Positions 49,710 through 58,864 of a stretch of 64,000 bases of DNA are shown in pieces. The DNA lies in the NCBI GenBank assembly GCA_007693395.1, contig REDS01000105.1, positions 12,619 through 76,618 on the forward strand, given 5' to 3'. Position 1 is the stretch's first letter. Each line of letters starts with the position of its first letter. This stretch comes from Balneolaceae bacterium. GTDB lineage: Bacteria; Bacteroidota; Rhodothermia; Balneolales; Balneolaceae. Made by a program: the position numbers and the translations under genes. The notes below the pieces were generated by a model. That model was given only the letters and a program-made list of their open reading frames with translations, was not told the DNA's origin and searched no databases.

Positions 49710-51356
49710 TTAATCAATGAGTAATATTTTGCCGTTTGCTCTGCCATCCGGTGTTTCTACAGAGTAAAAATAGGTGCCAGCACTTAATACCCTTCCCGTA
49801 TCATCACGCCCATCCCAAAGCGTTTCGTACGCACCGGCAGTTGATATAGTTTCTACAGCAAGCGTTCGTACCGGGTTCATCCCAAAATCAAAAATTCGTA
49901 TGATTGCACTGCCTGCCCTGCTTGTCTCAAATTTAATGCGTACTACAGAATGTACATTAGGTGAAAATGGATTAGGATATGCATAGGCATCAACATCAGG
50001 CGCATCGGGCTGATATATATTGCCACCTCGTAGTGGAACATTCACCCGTATAATTTGCCACGTAGTGCCACCATCGGCAGTTGCTGCAAGGCCATCACCT
50101 GTACCTACCCAAAGGCGCTTGTTGGTTGATGATACAGCAAAATAGCGGACATCGCTGCGAATAAAGGTATTTGGGCTTTGAATTTGGTCGATGCGCTCCC
50201 ACGAACTACCATCATCGTGCGAAATAAATAAACCCTGATCAGCCGCTGCAAACACCGATCCGTTGAAAAAGCCTACATCATTCACCCGAATTCCCTCAAG
50301 AAAACGGCTGAAGGTTGCTCCGTTGTCTTCAGTGTAAACCAAGCCAAATGCATCACGATTATCGGGGTCGGCACGCCAGTTGGTCATCCAGATTCGGCCG
50401 GTTTCAGGCTGCTCTCTGATAGAAACAATCCAGTTGGCCATTAATCCGGTTTCATTTTCAGTATCAAAACGGATTCGTTTCCACGATATTTGATCTATGG
50501 GGGCATCCAGTGCATTATCAGAAAAGTTAACACCACCTGCTGTGCCTACCCAAACGGCTTGATTGCTGTCGATCAACAATCCAAAGCCAAGCAGGTTATT
50601 ATCAAAACGAGGATCATATCTGTTGATCGATTCGCCTTCGGAAGTTCGCGAAAGCCACTGATAACTGTTTGCCGGGTCGAGTTCATCTTCGAAAGAGGAC
50701 GGGAGTATGATCCGCTCCCAAGATTGGCCATTATCAATGCTTCGCAACAGGCCGGAAGCCCAGTGAACAGCCAGCAAGGTATTTTCGTGGAAATCTACCT
50801 CGAATGGGGGAGATTGTTCGGGCACTGTAATTCTTGTGCGAATATAGGTTTCATTGCCGTACCGAAATTCAATATCACAAGGCGGGCCAACGGAGTTACC
50901 GTCGCACTCAGACGGCGGGCGTTCGTCCAGCAAAAAGGGGATGAAATTCCACTCTTCACCATTATTAAACGATTGATAATAGCCTTGAGCTGCATTTACG
51001 GGTTCACCGCCAACGGTAGATGTAAACCCTGTTCCGGCAAAGACTCGACTGCCATTAACAGCCATGGAAAATACACGTCCCCGCCCTGCGAAAATACTGT
51101 CGGCATTTTGTGGGGTTAAGATATCGCCGGAGTTTTCAAAGTAAGCGTTTAGCCCTGGCCCAATCCAAAGAACATTACCGGAAGCTTCCAGTGATGAGAC
51201 TGAATTCTGCTGAATCGTCAAAAATCGATCGTCGATGGGCCCGAATGTTTGTGCATGAATATCTTGTAAAGAAACGAGAAAGTAAAAAGAGAGAGATATA
51301 CTCAGAAAGTAACGTATGTTGTTTTTTCTGATAATTTTATACCGGGGTAATCTCAT
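49710..51356 (-). CDS. Secreted BNR/Asp-box beta-propeller protein with a C-terminal FlgD-Ig/T9SS-like sorting domain
   Basis: ORF 49710..51395. The start is set at MRLPRYKII (ATG 51356..51354), with signal ...FYFLVSLQDIHAQ. Asp-box repeats are SIDNGQSWERI, TEDNGATFSRF, SHDDGSSWERI and TADGGTTWQII. The C-terminus is YAYPNPFSPN...IRIFDFGMNPVRTL...WDGRDDTGRVLSAGTYFYSV. Confidence 0.65.
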   Translation of the reverse strand: MRLPRYKIIRKNNIRYFLSISLSFYFLVSLQDIHAQTFGPIDDRFLTIQQNSVSSLEASGNVLWIGPGLNAYFENSGDILTPQNADSIFAGRGRVFSMAVNGSRVFAGTGFTSTVGGEPVNAAQGYYQSFNNGEEWNFIPFLLDERPPSECDGNSVGPPCDIEFRYGNETYIRTRITVPEQSPPFEVDFHENTLLAVHWASGLLRSIDNGQSWERIILPSSFEDELDPANSYQWLSRTSEGESINRYDPRFDNNLLGFGLLIDSNQAVWVGTAGGVNFSDNALDAPIDQISWKRIRFDTENETGLMANWIVSIREQPETGRIWMTNWRADPDNRDAFGLVYTEDNGATFSRFLEGIRVNDVGFFNGSVFAAADQGLFISHDDGSSWERIDQIQSPNTFIRSDVRYFAVSSTNKRLWVGTGDGLAATADGGTTWQIIRVNVPLRGGNIYQPDAPDVDAYAYPNPFSPNVHSVVRIKFETSRAGSAIIRIFDFGMNPVRTLAVETISTAGAYETLWDGRDDTGRVLSAGTYFYSVETPDGRANGKILLID

Positions 51357-51513
51357 GCAAATATTACGATTTAAACAATTCATCGGTGCGTGCAAGATAG
51401 GCTCATGAAAGCAAATATGTTATATAGAATCAAAATTTAGAAAGCATGTTCGCTATACAAAGCTGTTTATGAAGAAATTTCTTTTTAGCAGATTTAAGTC
51501 TGTGTAACTTAGA

Positions 51514-51551
51514 AAAAGAAAAGGAGCCTCCGGTCAGAGAGACTCCTTTTT
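51514..51551 (-). terminator. Rho-independent terminator downstream of ftsZ
   Basis: AAAAAGAAAAGGAGcCTCcggtcagaGAGaCTCCTTTTT. Read on the minus strand, the GC-rich stem is followed by TTCTTTTTCT. It lies about 80 nt after the ftsZ stop. Confidence 0.55.
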
Positions 51552-51629
51552 GATTTAGCAATCTAAAGAGTGGGCACAGTATGCCCATCTTGGGTATTAA
51601 AGCAATCGTAAACGGGTCATGAATAATGT

Positions 51630-52949
51630 TTAATCCATGATTTTCCTCAGAAATGCGGGTTGTTCGGTATCGCGTTTATCAATTCTTGTGCTACTGAATG
51701 AATCATCATTCATAGCCCGCCGCTGTTCTCGTATTGGTTCAGCGTACTCATCATCAACCTCTGCTTCATCTACCGTTTTGAAATATTTCAAATCGCGGCG
51801 GTGAATTGCGGGAGTGTCGAGGTTTTTGAGATTTTTCTCGCCTTTATAAAACTGGCCATCCGGTGTTGATCTTCGCTGGGCGATGTCGCTTGCACGTGGC
51901 AGGTTAAGTGAGGATTCTCTTTTTCGCGGTTCAGGCTTAGAATTCGGAGCAACTTTTGCTTCTCTTCGGCTGTCGCTAAGCTCAAATCCTGTGGCAATTA
52001 CTGTTACTCTCAACTCCTCATCATACGATTCATCAAGGACAGTACCGAGTATAATTTCGGCATCTTCTCCGGCTTCCTGTTGGATGATGCTTGTGGCAGT
52101 TGTAGTTTCACGCATACCAAGGTTTGCCCCGGCCGATATATTTACGAGAACATTTCTTGCTCCGCGGATGCTTACTCCATCCAGCAGGGGAGAGTTGATC
52201 GCCTCGCGGGCTGCAATTTCTGCTCTGTCGGGGCCGCTTGCTGTAGCTGAGCCCATAATTGCAGCACCTCCATCCATCATAGTTGTGCGAACATCAGCGA
52301 AATCGAGGTTGATAAGACCGGGCATTAATATAAGGTCTGAAATACCTCTTGTAGCGTTGTAAAGAACTTCATTGGCATTTTCGAAAGCTTCCATCAGTGT
52401 GGTACTGTCGTCAGATATATCAAGAAGGCGCTCATTGGGAATTACGATTACTGTATCGCAATTTTTCTTCAGTTCGGTAATGCCTTCAAGGGCATACTTC
52501 ATCCGAACTTTCCCTTCGCAGTGGAACGGGGTAGTTACAATACCAACGGTAAGAATTCCCTTCCGTTTTGCTATACCCGCTACTACAGGTGCGCCACCGG
52601 TTCCGGTACCGCCACCCATTCCCGCTGTAATGAAAATCATATCGGCCGAATCTACTGCTTCATCCAGATCGTGGCGATTTTCCTCTACCGCTTCCCGGCC
52701 AATTTCGGGGCGTGCACCCGCTCCAAGGCCGGCAGTGAGGTTTGCACCTACCTGAATGGTTATGTCGGCGTTGCTGGTTTTCAGCGCCTGTGAGTCTGTA
52801 TTAAGGGCAATATATTCAACACTGTCGAGGCCCTTATTAATCATGTTGTTGATGGCGTTACCTCCGCCTCCTCCAACTCCAATTACTTTTATTTTCGCAT
52901 TGTCCTGACCTTTTTCGTCAAAACGAAAGCGTGATGTTACGTATTCCAT
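51630..52949 (-). CDS. ftsZ: Cell division GTPase FtsZ
   Basis: IKVIGVGGGGGNAINNM, the tubulin signature GMGGGTGTGGAPV, NLDFADV, and the conserved C-terminal peptide PAFLRKIMD. Confidence 0.97.
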   Translation of the reverse strand: MEYVTSRFRFDEKGQDNAKIKVIGVGGGGGNAINNMINKGLDSVEYIALNTDSQALKTSNADITIQVGANLTAGLGAGARPEIGREAVEENRHDLDEAVDSADMIFITAGMGGGTGTGGAPVVAGIAKRKGILTVGIVTTPFHCEGKVRMKYALEGITELKKNCDTVIVIPNERLLDISDDSTTLMEAFENANEVLYNATRGISDLILMPGLINLDFADVRTTMMDGGAAIMGSATASGPDRAEIAAREAINSPLLDGVSIRGARNVLVNISAGANLGMRETTTATSIIQQEAGEDAEIILGTVLDESYDEELRVTVIATGFELSDSRREAKVAPNSKPEPRKRESSLNLPRASDIAQRRSTPDGQFYKGEKNLKNLDTPAIHRRDLKYFKTVDEAEVDDEYAEPIREQRRAMNDDSFSSTRIDKRDTEQPAFLRKIMD

Positions 52950-53020
52950 AATTAACTCCGTTTAATGATTGCTCTGTTTATCTGTAGATTGCTCTTTGTT
53001 TCTGTTTGATTGCTTATTTG

Positions 53021-54283
53021 CTAAAGCTCTTTGAACCAGTTTTTCATGCGCTCGGTAATGCTGTTCATTACTTTTTCCACTCCGGCTGATTTTCCTCCTT
53101 CCGAGATCATATTCTGGTTTTCTACTCCTTCCGCTTTTAAGGCATGGAGTACAAGACCAACACTGGTTGCATAAATAGGGCTGTTTACCTCTTCAATTAA
53201 GCCGCCTGCAAGGCCAAGAGGGCGGCCAATTTTAGCATCCATTCCAAGTACTTCTGTTGCGAGCGGACAAATATTTTTGATCAGAGAACCACCGCCTGTT
53301 ATTACAATACCAGCACTAAGTGCTTCAGAATATCCGCTTCGTTTTACTTCAATCTGTACGATCTCGAGAATTTCTTCCATTCTGGCCTGAATAATTTTAG
53401 CAAGAATGCTCTTTGTTATCTCCTTTGGAGGCCTTCCTGCGATACCTGGAATGGTGATGGTCTCATCATTCTCAATCATATCCACAAAACACTCTCCGTG
53501 ATTGTGTTTCAATTTTTGAGCCTGGTCATCAAGTACACTTAGACCAACTTTAATGTCATCAGTTACTTTTTTCCCTGCTACGGCTATTACTGCGATGTGG
53601 CGTATAGTGTTATCCTGGAAGACGGCCAGATCGGTAGTGCCTCCGCCAATATCAACAAGGATTACACCTGCTTCTTTTTCCTCATCATCCAACACAGCAT
53701 AGCTTGATGCGAGCGGTTCAAGAATAATATCAGCCACTTGATAGCCTGCCCGTTCCACACAGCGATAAAGGTTTTTCGCTGCGGATACCAGCCCTGTGAT
53801 GATATGAACCTCTGCCTCCATCCGCATACCGCTCATGCCAACCGGATCGCTGATGCCGTCCTGCCCGTCAACTACAAATTCCTGAGGTATCACATGGATG
53901 ATCTGCTGATCAGGCGGCAGCATAATCTGCTGGCAATCTTTGAGGATTCGCTCAACATCCTGTACTGTAATTTCTTTCTCTTTGTTGTTGATGGTGATAA
54001 CACCTTTACTGCGAATGCTTCTGATATGATCACCCGCAATGCCAACATTTACCGAGTTTACTTCGATGCCTGATGCCAGCTCAGCCTGCTGTATAGCTGT
54101 TTTGATGGCATTTACAGTTTTGTCGATGTTTACAACCACACCTCGATTTAATCCTTCGCTGGGTGCCTTGCCTACACCAAGAATATGAATGCGATCTTGC
54201 TGATTAATGGAAGCCACCACTGCACAAACCTTTGTGGTACCGATATCAAGTCCTACTACGATGCGTTCATTTTCATGTTCCAT
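53021..54283 (-). CDS. ftsA: Cell division protein FtsA
   Basis: 420 aa, actin-fold. Diagnostic strings are VVGLDIGTTKVCAVVA, VILVDIGGGTTDLAVF and GIVITGGGSL, with a C-terminal amphipathic helix MKNWFKEL. Confidence 0.95.
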   Translation of the reverse strand: MEHENERIVVGLDIGTTKVCAVVASINQQDRIHILGVGKAPSEGLNRGVVVNIDKTVNAIKTAIQQAELASGIEVNSVNVGIAGDHIRSIRSKGVITINNKEKEITVQDVERILKDCQQIMLPPDQQIIHVIPQEFVVDGQDGISDPVGMSGMRMEAEVHIITGLVSAAKNLYRCVERAGYQVADIILEPLASSYAVLDDEEKEAGVILVDIGGGTTDLAVFQDNTIRHIAVIAVAGKKVTDDIKVGLSVLDDQAQKLKHNHGECFVDMIENDETITIPGIAGRPPKEITKSILAKIIQARMEEILEIVQIEVKRSGYSEALSAGIVITGGGSLIKNICPLATEVLGMDAKIGRPLGLAGGLIEEVNSPIYATSVGLVLHALKAEGVENQNMISEGGKSAGVEKVMNSITERMKNWFKEL

Positions 54284-54321
54284 ATTTGTTCCTGCTGTTT
54301 TTGATTGCTAAATGTAAAATT

Positions 54322-55080
54322 TTAAATATGTTGGGTTACTACCTGGCCTTCAAATCGAAGATCCACACTGCTAAATGTTTGGATACCTTTGCCTGCTACC
54401 ACGTTGGTGTAAAAGGCTTCCCAGTTTCTCACCTTTTCACGGAAGTTGTCTCTGCCAAAAATCAGTTTTACACCATTTTCATGGGTTAGGGCAACAACGC
54501 CTTCGCGCTCATTCCACGCCACTTCGCTTATAGTTATCCACCCAACCTGATTGGCTTTGGCTTCCGATAGAAAAGCTTCAACCTGCATAAATTCGTATGA
54601 TGAAAGTGTGTCACCGGCTGAATGGACCGGAAACCCATACAGAAGCGGCACATTCTGGATATTGCCGGGAATGATGGGGAGCTTTACACCGCCCTCACCC
54701 ACATACATTCTTCTGTTGCCATTCACTAACATGGCAATTGGGTCGCGCTCGTAGATGTTGAAAGTGAGTGTACCGCGAATATTCATATTCACAGATACAT
54801 CCTGCACGTATGGTACTCTCTTCAGGCTTTCAGCTAAACCGCTGAATTGCACACTATCTGCAAGCATGCCAACAGGCCAATCAATGGCAGCCGTAAGTGT
54901 AGAGTCATCGGTAAACGAGTTTCCCTGAAATCGCACTTCCTGTATCACCGTGTTTTTTTCCAAATAGATGCCAGCATAAACACCACCTCCAACAAGCGTT
55001 GCAGTGAAAAACAGCCACAGCAAGGAGCTCCATCCGCGGCGGTTTTTCTTTCGTTTTTTATGTGATTTCTTCTTTGGCAA
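54322..55080 (-). CDS. ftsQ: Cell division protein FtsQ (POTRA-domain)
   Basis: 252 aa. A basic N-terminus and one TM segment are followed by a POTRA-like IQEVRFQGNSFT... region. It sits between murC and ftsA. Confidence 0.8.
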   Translation of the reverse strand: MPKKKSHKKRKKNRRGWSSLLWLFFTATLVGGGVYAGIYLEKNTVIQEVRFQGNSFTDDSTLTAAIDWPVGMLADSVQFSGLAESLKRVPYVQDVSVNMNIRGTLTFNIYERDPIAMLVNGNRRMYVGEGGVKLPIIPGNIQNVPLLYGFPVHSAGDTLSSYEFMQVEAFLSEAKANQVGWITISEVAWNEREGVVALTHENGVKLIFGRDNFREKVRNWEAFYTNVVAGKGIQTFSSVDLRFEGQVVTQHI

Positions 55081-55088
55081 CGTTAGTA

Positions 55089-56495
55089 TTATTTATTTGT
55101 CAGTTCTACAAATTGTTCTCCATAGCGGTAGATATCGCCCGCTCCCATCGTTATAATAATGTCACCCGGTTTTGTGACCTCTTTAAGTTTTTGCGGTAAA
55201 TCAGCTTTGTTTTTCACGTAGATAACATTTTTGTGGCCATAATTTTTTGCAGTATCTGCAACTAATTTTCCGGTTACCCCTTCAATTGGTTTTTCCCGGG
55301 AAGGGTAGATGTCTGTAACTACAAGTAGTTCCGCATCAAAAAAAGACAGCCCAAACTCTTTATGCATCTGTTTGGTTCGTGAATAGAGATGCGGCTGAAA
55401 TACAGCAACGATTCTGCGTGTTGGCCATCCCTTTCGTGCTGCCTGTATGGTGGCCTGTACTTCAGTTGGGTGGTGTGCGTAATCATCAATAACAATCAGC
55501 TCGTCTGTATTCATTTTATGCTGAAATCTTCTGAAAACACCTGAAAACCTCTCCAGGCCGGATTTAATCTTCTCAAATGGAATGCCCAGTTCAACACCCA
55601 CAGCAACAGCAGCAAGTGCGTTTTTTATATTGTGATCACCCGGTGCCGTAAGGTTAATTTCTCCCAGCACCTTATTTTCAACAATCACGGTGAATATGCT
55701 GTTGAACGACTCCTGCTGAATATTCACAGCGCGAATTTGTGCCAGTGGATTGTAACCATAGCTAATGGTTCTTCTCTTTATCTTCGGCAAGATGCTGCGC
55801 ACTTCGGGATCGTCCAGACAAACAATTACGGCACCATAAAACGGCACTTTATTGGCAAACTGAACAAAGGCATCTTTTACATCAGCAAGGTTTTTATAGA
55901 TGTCAAGATGTTCTGCTTCAATGTTGGTTATAACCACTAAAGAAGGGGATAAGCGCAGGAAGGTACGGTCGTACTCATCGGCCTCTACGATGATAATATC
56001 ACCTTTGCCAACCACTGCATTGGTTTTATCGAAACTGTGTACACGGCCACCTACGATAATTGTGGGATCAAAAGCTCCATCCTGCACCACATGGCCGGCC
56101 ATGGTTGTAGTGGTGGTTTTCCCATGGGTGCCCGCAATGCCAATGCCATATTTCATTCTCATAAGCTCGGCAAGCATTACAGATCGTTTAATTACCGGAA
56201 CCTTTCTGGCGATCGCTTCGCTGGTCTCCTCATTCTCTTCAGCCTTTACGGCACTCGTGTAAACCACAACATCGGCACCCTCTATGTTCGATGCCGAATG
56301 CCCTTTATAAATGGTTGCTCCGAGCTCTTCAAGGCGTTTTGTAGTCTCTGACTCACTATTATCTGAGCCCGAAACTTTATACCCGCGCAACAAAAGAATT
56401 TCAGCCATGCCACTCATACCGATCCCCCCAATACCCACCATGTGGATATGTTTGGTTCGGCCAAAAACAGGTTGTGTCTGGATGGATGTGCTCAT
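55089..56495 (-). CDS. murC: UDP-N-acetylmuramate--L-alanine ligase
   Basis: HMVGIGGIGMSGMAEILL, GIAGTHGKTTTTTM and DDYAHHPTEV, in the dcw context. Confidence 0.95.
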   Translation of the reverse strand: MSTSIQTQPVFGRTKHIHMVGIGGIGMSGMAEILLLRGYKVSGSDNSESETTKRLEELGATIYKGHSASNIEGADVVVYTSAVKAEENEETSEAIARKVPVIKRSVMLAELMRMKYGIGIAGTHGKTTTTTMAGHVVQDGAFDPTIIVGGRVHSFDKTNAVVGKGDIIIVEADEYDRTFLRLSPSLVVITNIEAEHLDIYKNLADVKDAFVQFANKVPFYGAVIVCLDDPEVRSILPKIKRRTISYGYNPLAQIRAVNIQQESFNSIFTVIVENKVLGEINLTAPGDHNIKNALAAVAVGVELGIPFEKIKSGLERFSGVFRRFQHKMNTDELIVIDDYAHHPTEVQATIQAARKGWPTRRIVAVFQPHLYSRTKQMHKEFGLSFFDAELLVVTDIYPSREKPIEGVTGKLVADTAKNYGHKNVIYVKNKADLPQKLKEVTKPGDIIITMGAGDIYRYGEQFVELTNK

Positions 56496-57655
56496 TAATT
56501 TTTTTGTATCAAATGGGTTGAAATTTCCTGTACTATTTCTGCTGCGGCATTCGGTTTCGCGAGAGATTGCATAGCTGCCGACATCACATCAAGATTTTTC
56601 TTATCACTAATTACGCCTTCAATAGTTTGAATTAAATCGGTTTCAAGGTTCTCTTCTTTCAGAAGGAGTGCAGCGCCGGAGTCAACAAGGGAACGGGCAT
56701 TTTTTTCTTGATGGTTACCCGCTACATTGGGCGATGGTACCAGAACCGCCGGCTGTCCTATGGCCATAAGTTCACTGCAGGTCCCTGCTCCGGCTCGGGT
56801 TATCACCAGATCTGCAGAGCCGTAAGCGGCCGACATATCATCGATGAATGCTGTAAGCCGCAGGTTTGGATAATCGGATAGGTTCAGGCGGGTGATGATT
56901 CCTTTCAGGTATTTATCACCGCATTGCCAGATAATCTGAAGCCCGAGATTATTGTGCAGCGAATCGATATGATTCAGCATTGCTTCGTTGAGTGCAAGAG
57001 CGCCTCCGCTGCCTCCCATCACCAGCAATACCTTTTTATCAGGTGTAAAGCCAAATCCAGCCAGTGCGGCGTCCCGGTTCGTCTTCTTTAATACGTTGCG
57101 AACCGGGTTGCCGGTAAGGTGAACTTTCTCCTTGGGTAAAAATTTGTCAGCATCATTAAACGCTGTGAATATTTTCTCTGCATGTTTTGCAAGCATTCGG
57201 TTTGTAACACCGGGAAAACTGTTCTGCTCCTGCAAAATTAAAGGGATACCAAGTTTTACAGCAACCCATCCAATCGGGCCCGATGCAAAACCACCGCAGG
57301 CAATTACCATATCTGGTTTGAATGACCGCAGGATGAAGAGGCTCTGGATTACACTAACAATAAGTTTAAGCGGAAAAATGAGATTCTGAATGGTTAATCT
57401 TCGGTGAAAACCGCTGATCCAGACGCTCTTTATCTCATACCCGTATTTTGGTACTGTTTGCCACTCCATTCTGTCGCGGGTTCCAACAAACATCACCTTC
57501 GCTTCAGGATACTTCTTCACATACGCATCTGCAATGGCAATAGCCGGGTACACATGACCACCCGTACCACCGGCTGCCATGATAATCCTCGGGGGACTCA
57601 CGGCAGCGGTGAGGGTGTCTGTAGATGATATGTTCTTTGCAACGGCGGCGATCAT
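56495..57655 (-). CDS. murG: UDP-N-acetylglucosamine--N-acetylmuramyl-(pentapeptide) pyrophosphoryl-undecaprenol GlcNAc transferase
   Basis: AAGGTGGHVYPAIAIA and VITRAGAGTCSELMAIGQPAVLVP. It overlaps murC by 1 nt and ftsW by 4 nt. Confidence 0.93.
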   Translation of the reverse strand: MIAAVAKNISSTDTLTAAVSPPRIIMAAGGTGGHVYPAIAIADAYVKKYPEAKVMFVGTRDRMEWQTVPKYGYEIKSVWISGFHRRLTIQNLIFPLKLIVSVIQSLFILRSFKPDMVIACGGFASGPIGWVAVKLGIPLILQEQNSFPGVTNRMLAKHAEKIFTAFNDADKFLPKEKVHLTGNPVRNVLKKTNRDAALAGFGFTPDKKVLLVMGGSGGALALNEAMLNHIDSLHNNLGLQIIWQCGDKYLKGIITRLNLSDYPNLRLTAFIDDMSAAYGSADLVITRAGAGTCSELMAIGQPAVLVPSPNVAGNHQEKNARSLVDSGAALLLKEENLETDLIQTIEGVISDKKNLDVMSAAMQSLAKPNAAAEIVQEISTHLIQKN

Positions 57656-58845
57656 CCGTTATAAAATCTTATATTATTGTTTTGGTTGTACTTTGAAATA
57701 TTCAGAAGTATGCCCATCAGAAGACCGGCAAAAAGCATGCTTGTGCCTCCATAACTGATAAATGGCATAGGCAAACCAGTTACCGGAAAAAGGCCGGTAG
57801 CAACAGCAGCATTAACAAATCCGTATAGAGTAATCATCAGCGTGGCTCCGAGTGCCATCAGGGTACCCAATACATCGGGTGCATGGCGGGCGACGGAAGC
57901 TATCCCGCGAAATAATATTATCGTGAATACAATGATCACCGCTGCTGATCCCAAGAGCCCGTACTCTTCGGCGATGATTGCAAAAATAAAATCGTTGTAT
58001 GGCGCGGGGAGAAAATCGCGCTGGGTACTTTTGCCAACGCCTACCCCGAAAACCTGTCCCTGTGCTATTGCAATATGCGCTTGCTGGGCTTGGTATCCGC
58101 TGCCCGATTCAAAATGGGTATTATTTACATTGGTGATTTGCGTCACATAATTGGTAATACGGCTTTGGCGTTCAGCTGATGAGGTTACAAATGCTGCGCC
58201 GCCGATAATTGCTATAAGTATCAGCCCAAAAATTTGAGGTGCACTAATTCTGCCAACAAACATCATTAAAACAGAAATACCTATCAGCACAGCTGCACTG
58301 CTGAAATCTTCCACTGCAATTAGCCCGCATGTAATTACAACCCAAAACATGATCGGCAAAAATGCCCTTTTAAAACTTTTGATATACTCCTGTTTTTCGT
58401 GCAGAAGAACGGCAACATGAATGATCAGAGCAATCGCACCAACAGAAGATGGCTGGAATGAAATGATACCGAGAGACAGAGCACGGCGTGCTCCAAATTG
58501 AAACTCTCCATAAAAAATTACAGCCACCAGAAGCACCCAGCTAATCACCATGCCGAGCCGGCTGAATCTCGCGAGAACACTGTAATTTATTTTAGAAACG
58601 AATACCATCACAAAAAAGGCTATTCCAAGTTTTATGATGTGCCCGGTAACCAGTTTACTTGCTGTAGTACCATGCATTTGCGCAAAAAAAGCAATGGAAG
58701 AGAACACGGCGAGAATGCCAAATATCATTAGCATAATGATAGATACAAACAGTATCTGATCACTGCCGCTTTTGGGCACTTCGAGCTCGTCCTGAGTAGT
58801 CTCGAAGATGGTGCCGATTTTGCTATTTGGAGTAGTGTATTGCAA
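57652..58845 (-). CDS. ftsW: FtsW/SEDS-family peptidoglycan glycosyltransferase (lipid II flippase-type)
   Basis: 397 aa, polytopic. PAPYNDFIFAIIAEEYGLLG and GLPMPFISYGGTSM are SEDS hallmarks. It sits between murD and murG. Confidence 0.9.
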   Translation of the reverse strand: MQYTTPNSKIGTIFETTQDELEVPKSGSDQILFVSIIMLMIFGILAVFSSIAFFAQMHGTTASKLVTGHIIKLGIAFFVMVFVSKINYSVLARFSRLGMVISWVLLVAVIFYGEFQFGARRALSLGIISFQPSSVGAIALIIHVAVLLHEKQEYIKSFKRAFLPIMFWVVITCGLIAVEDFSSAAVLIGISVLMMFVGRISAPQIFGLILIAIIGGAAFVTSSAERQSRITNYVTQITNVNNTHFESGSGYQAQQAHIAIAQGQVFGVGVGKSTQRDFLPAPYNDFIFAIIAEEYGLLGSAAVIIVFTIILFRGIASVARHAPDVLGTLMALGATLMITLYGFVNAAVATGLFPVTGLPMPFISYGGTSMLFAGLLMGILLNISKYNQNNNIRFYNG

Positions 58846-58864
58846 TGGTTACAGTTTTATGTGA

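Noticed and set aside
51883-52755. Plus-strand ORFs of 159 and 127 aa within ftsZ
   Set aside because: They are antisense shadows of the Gly/Ala-rich ftsZ coding sequence. The Ser/Pro/Ala-rich translations have no motifs.
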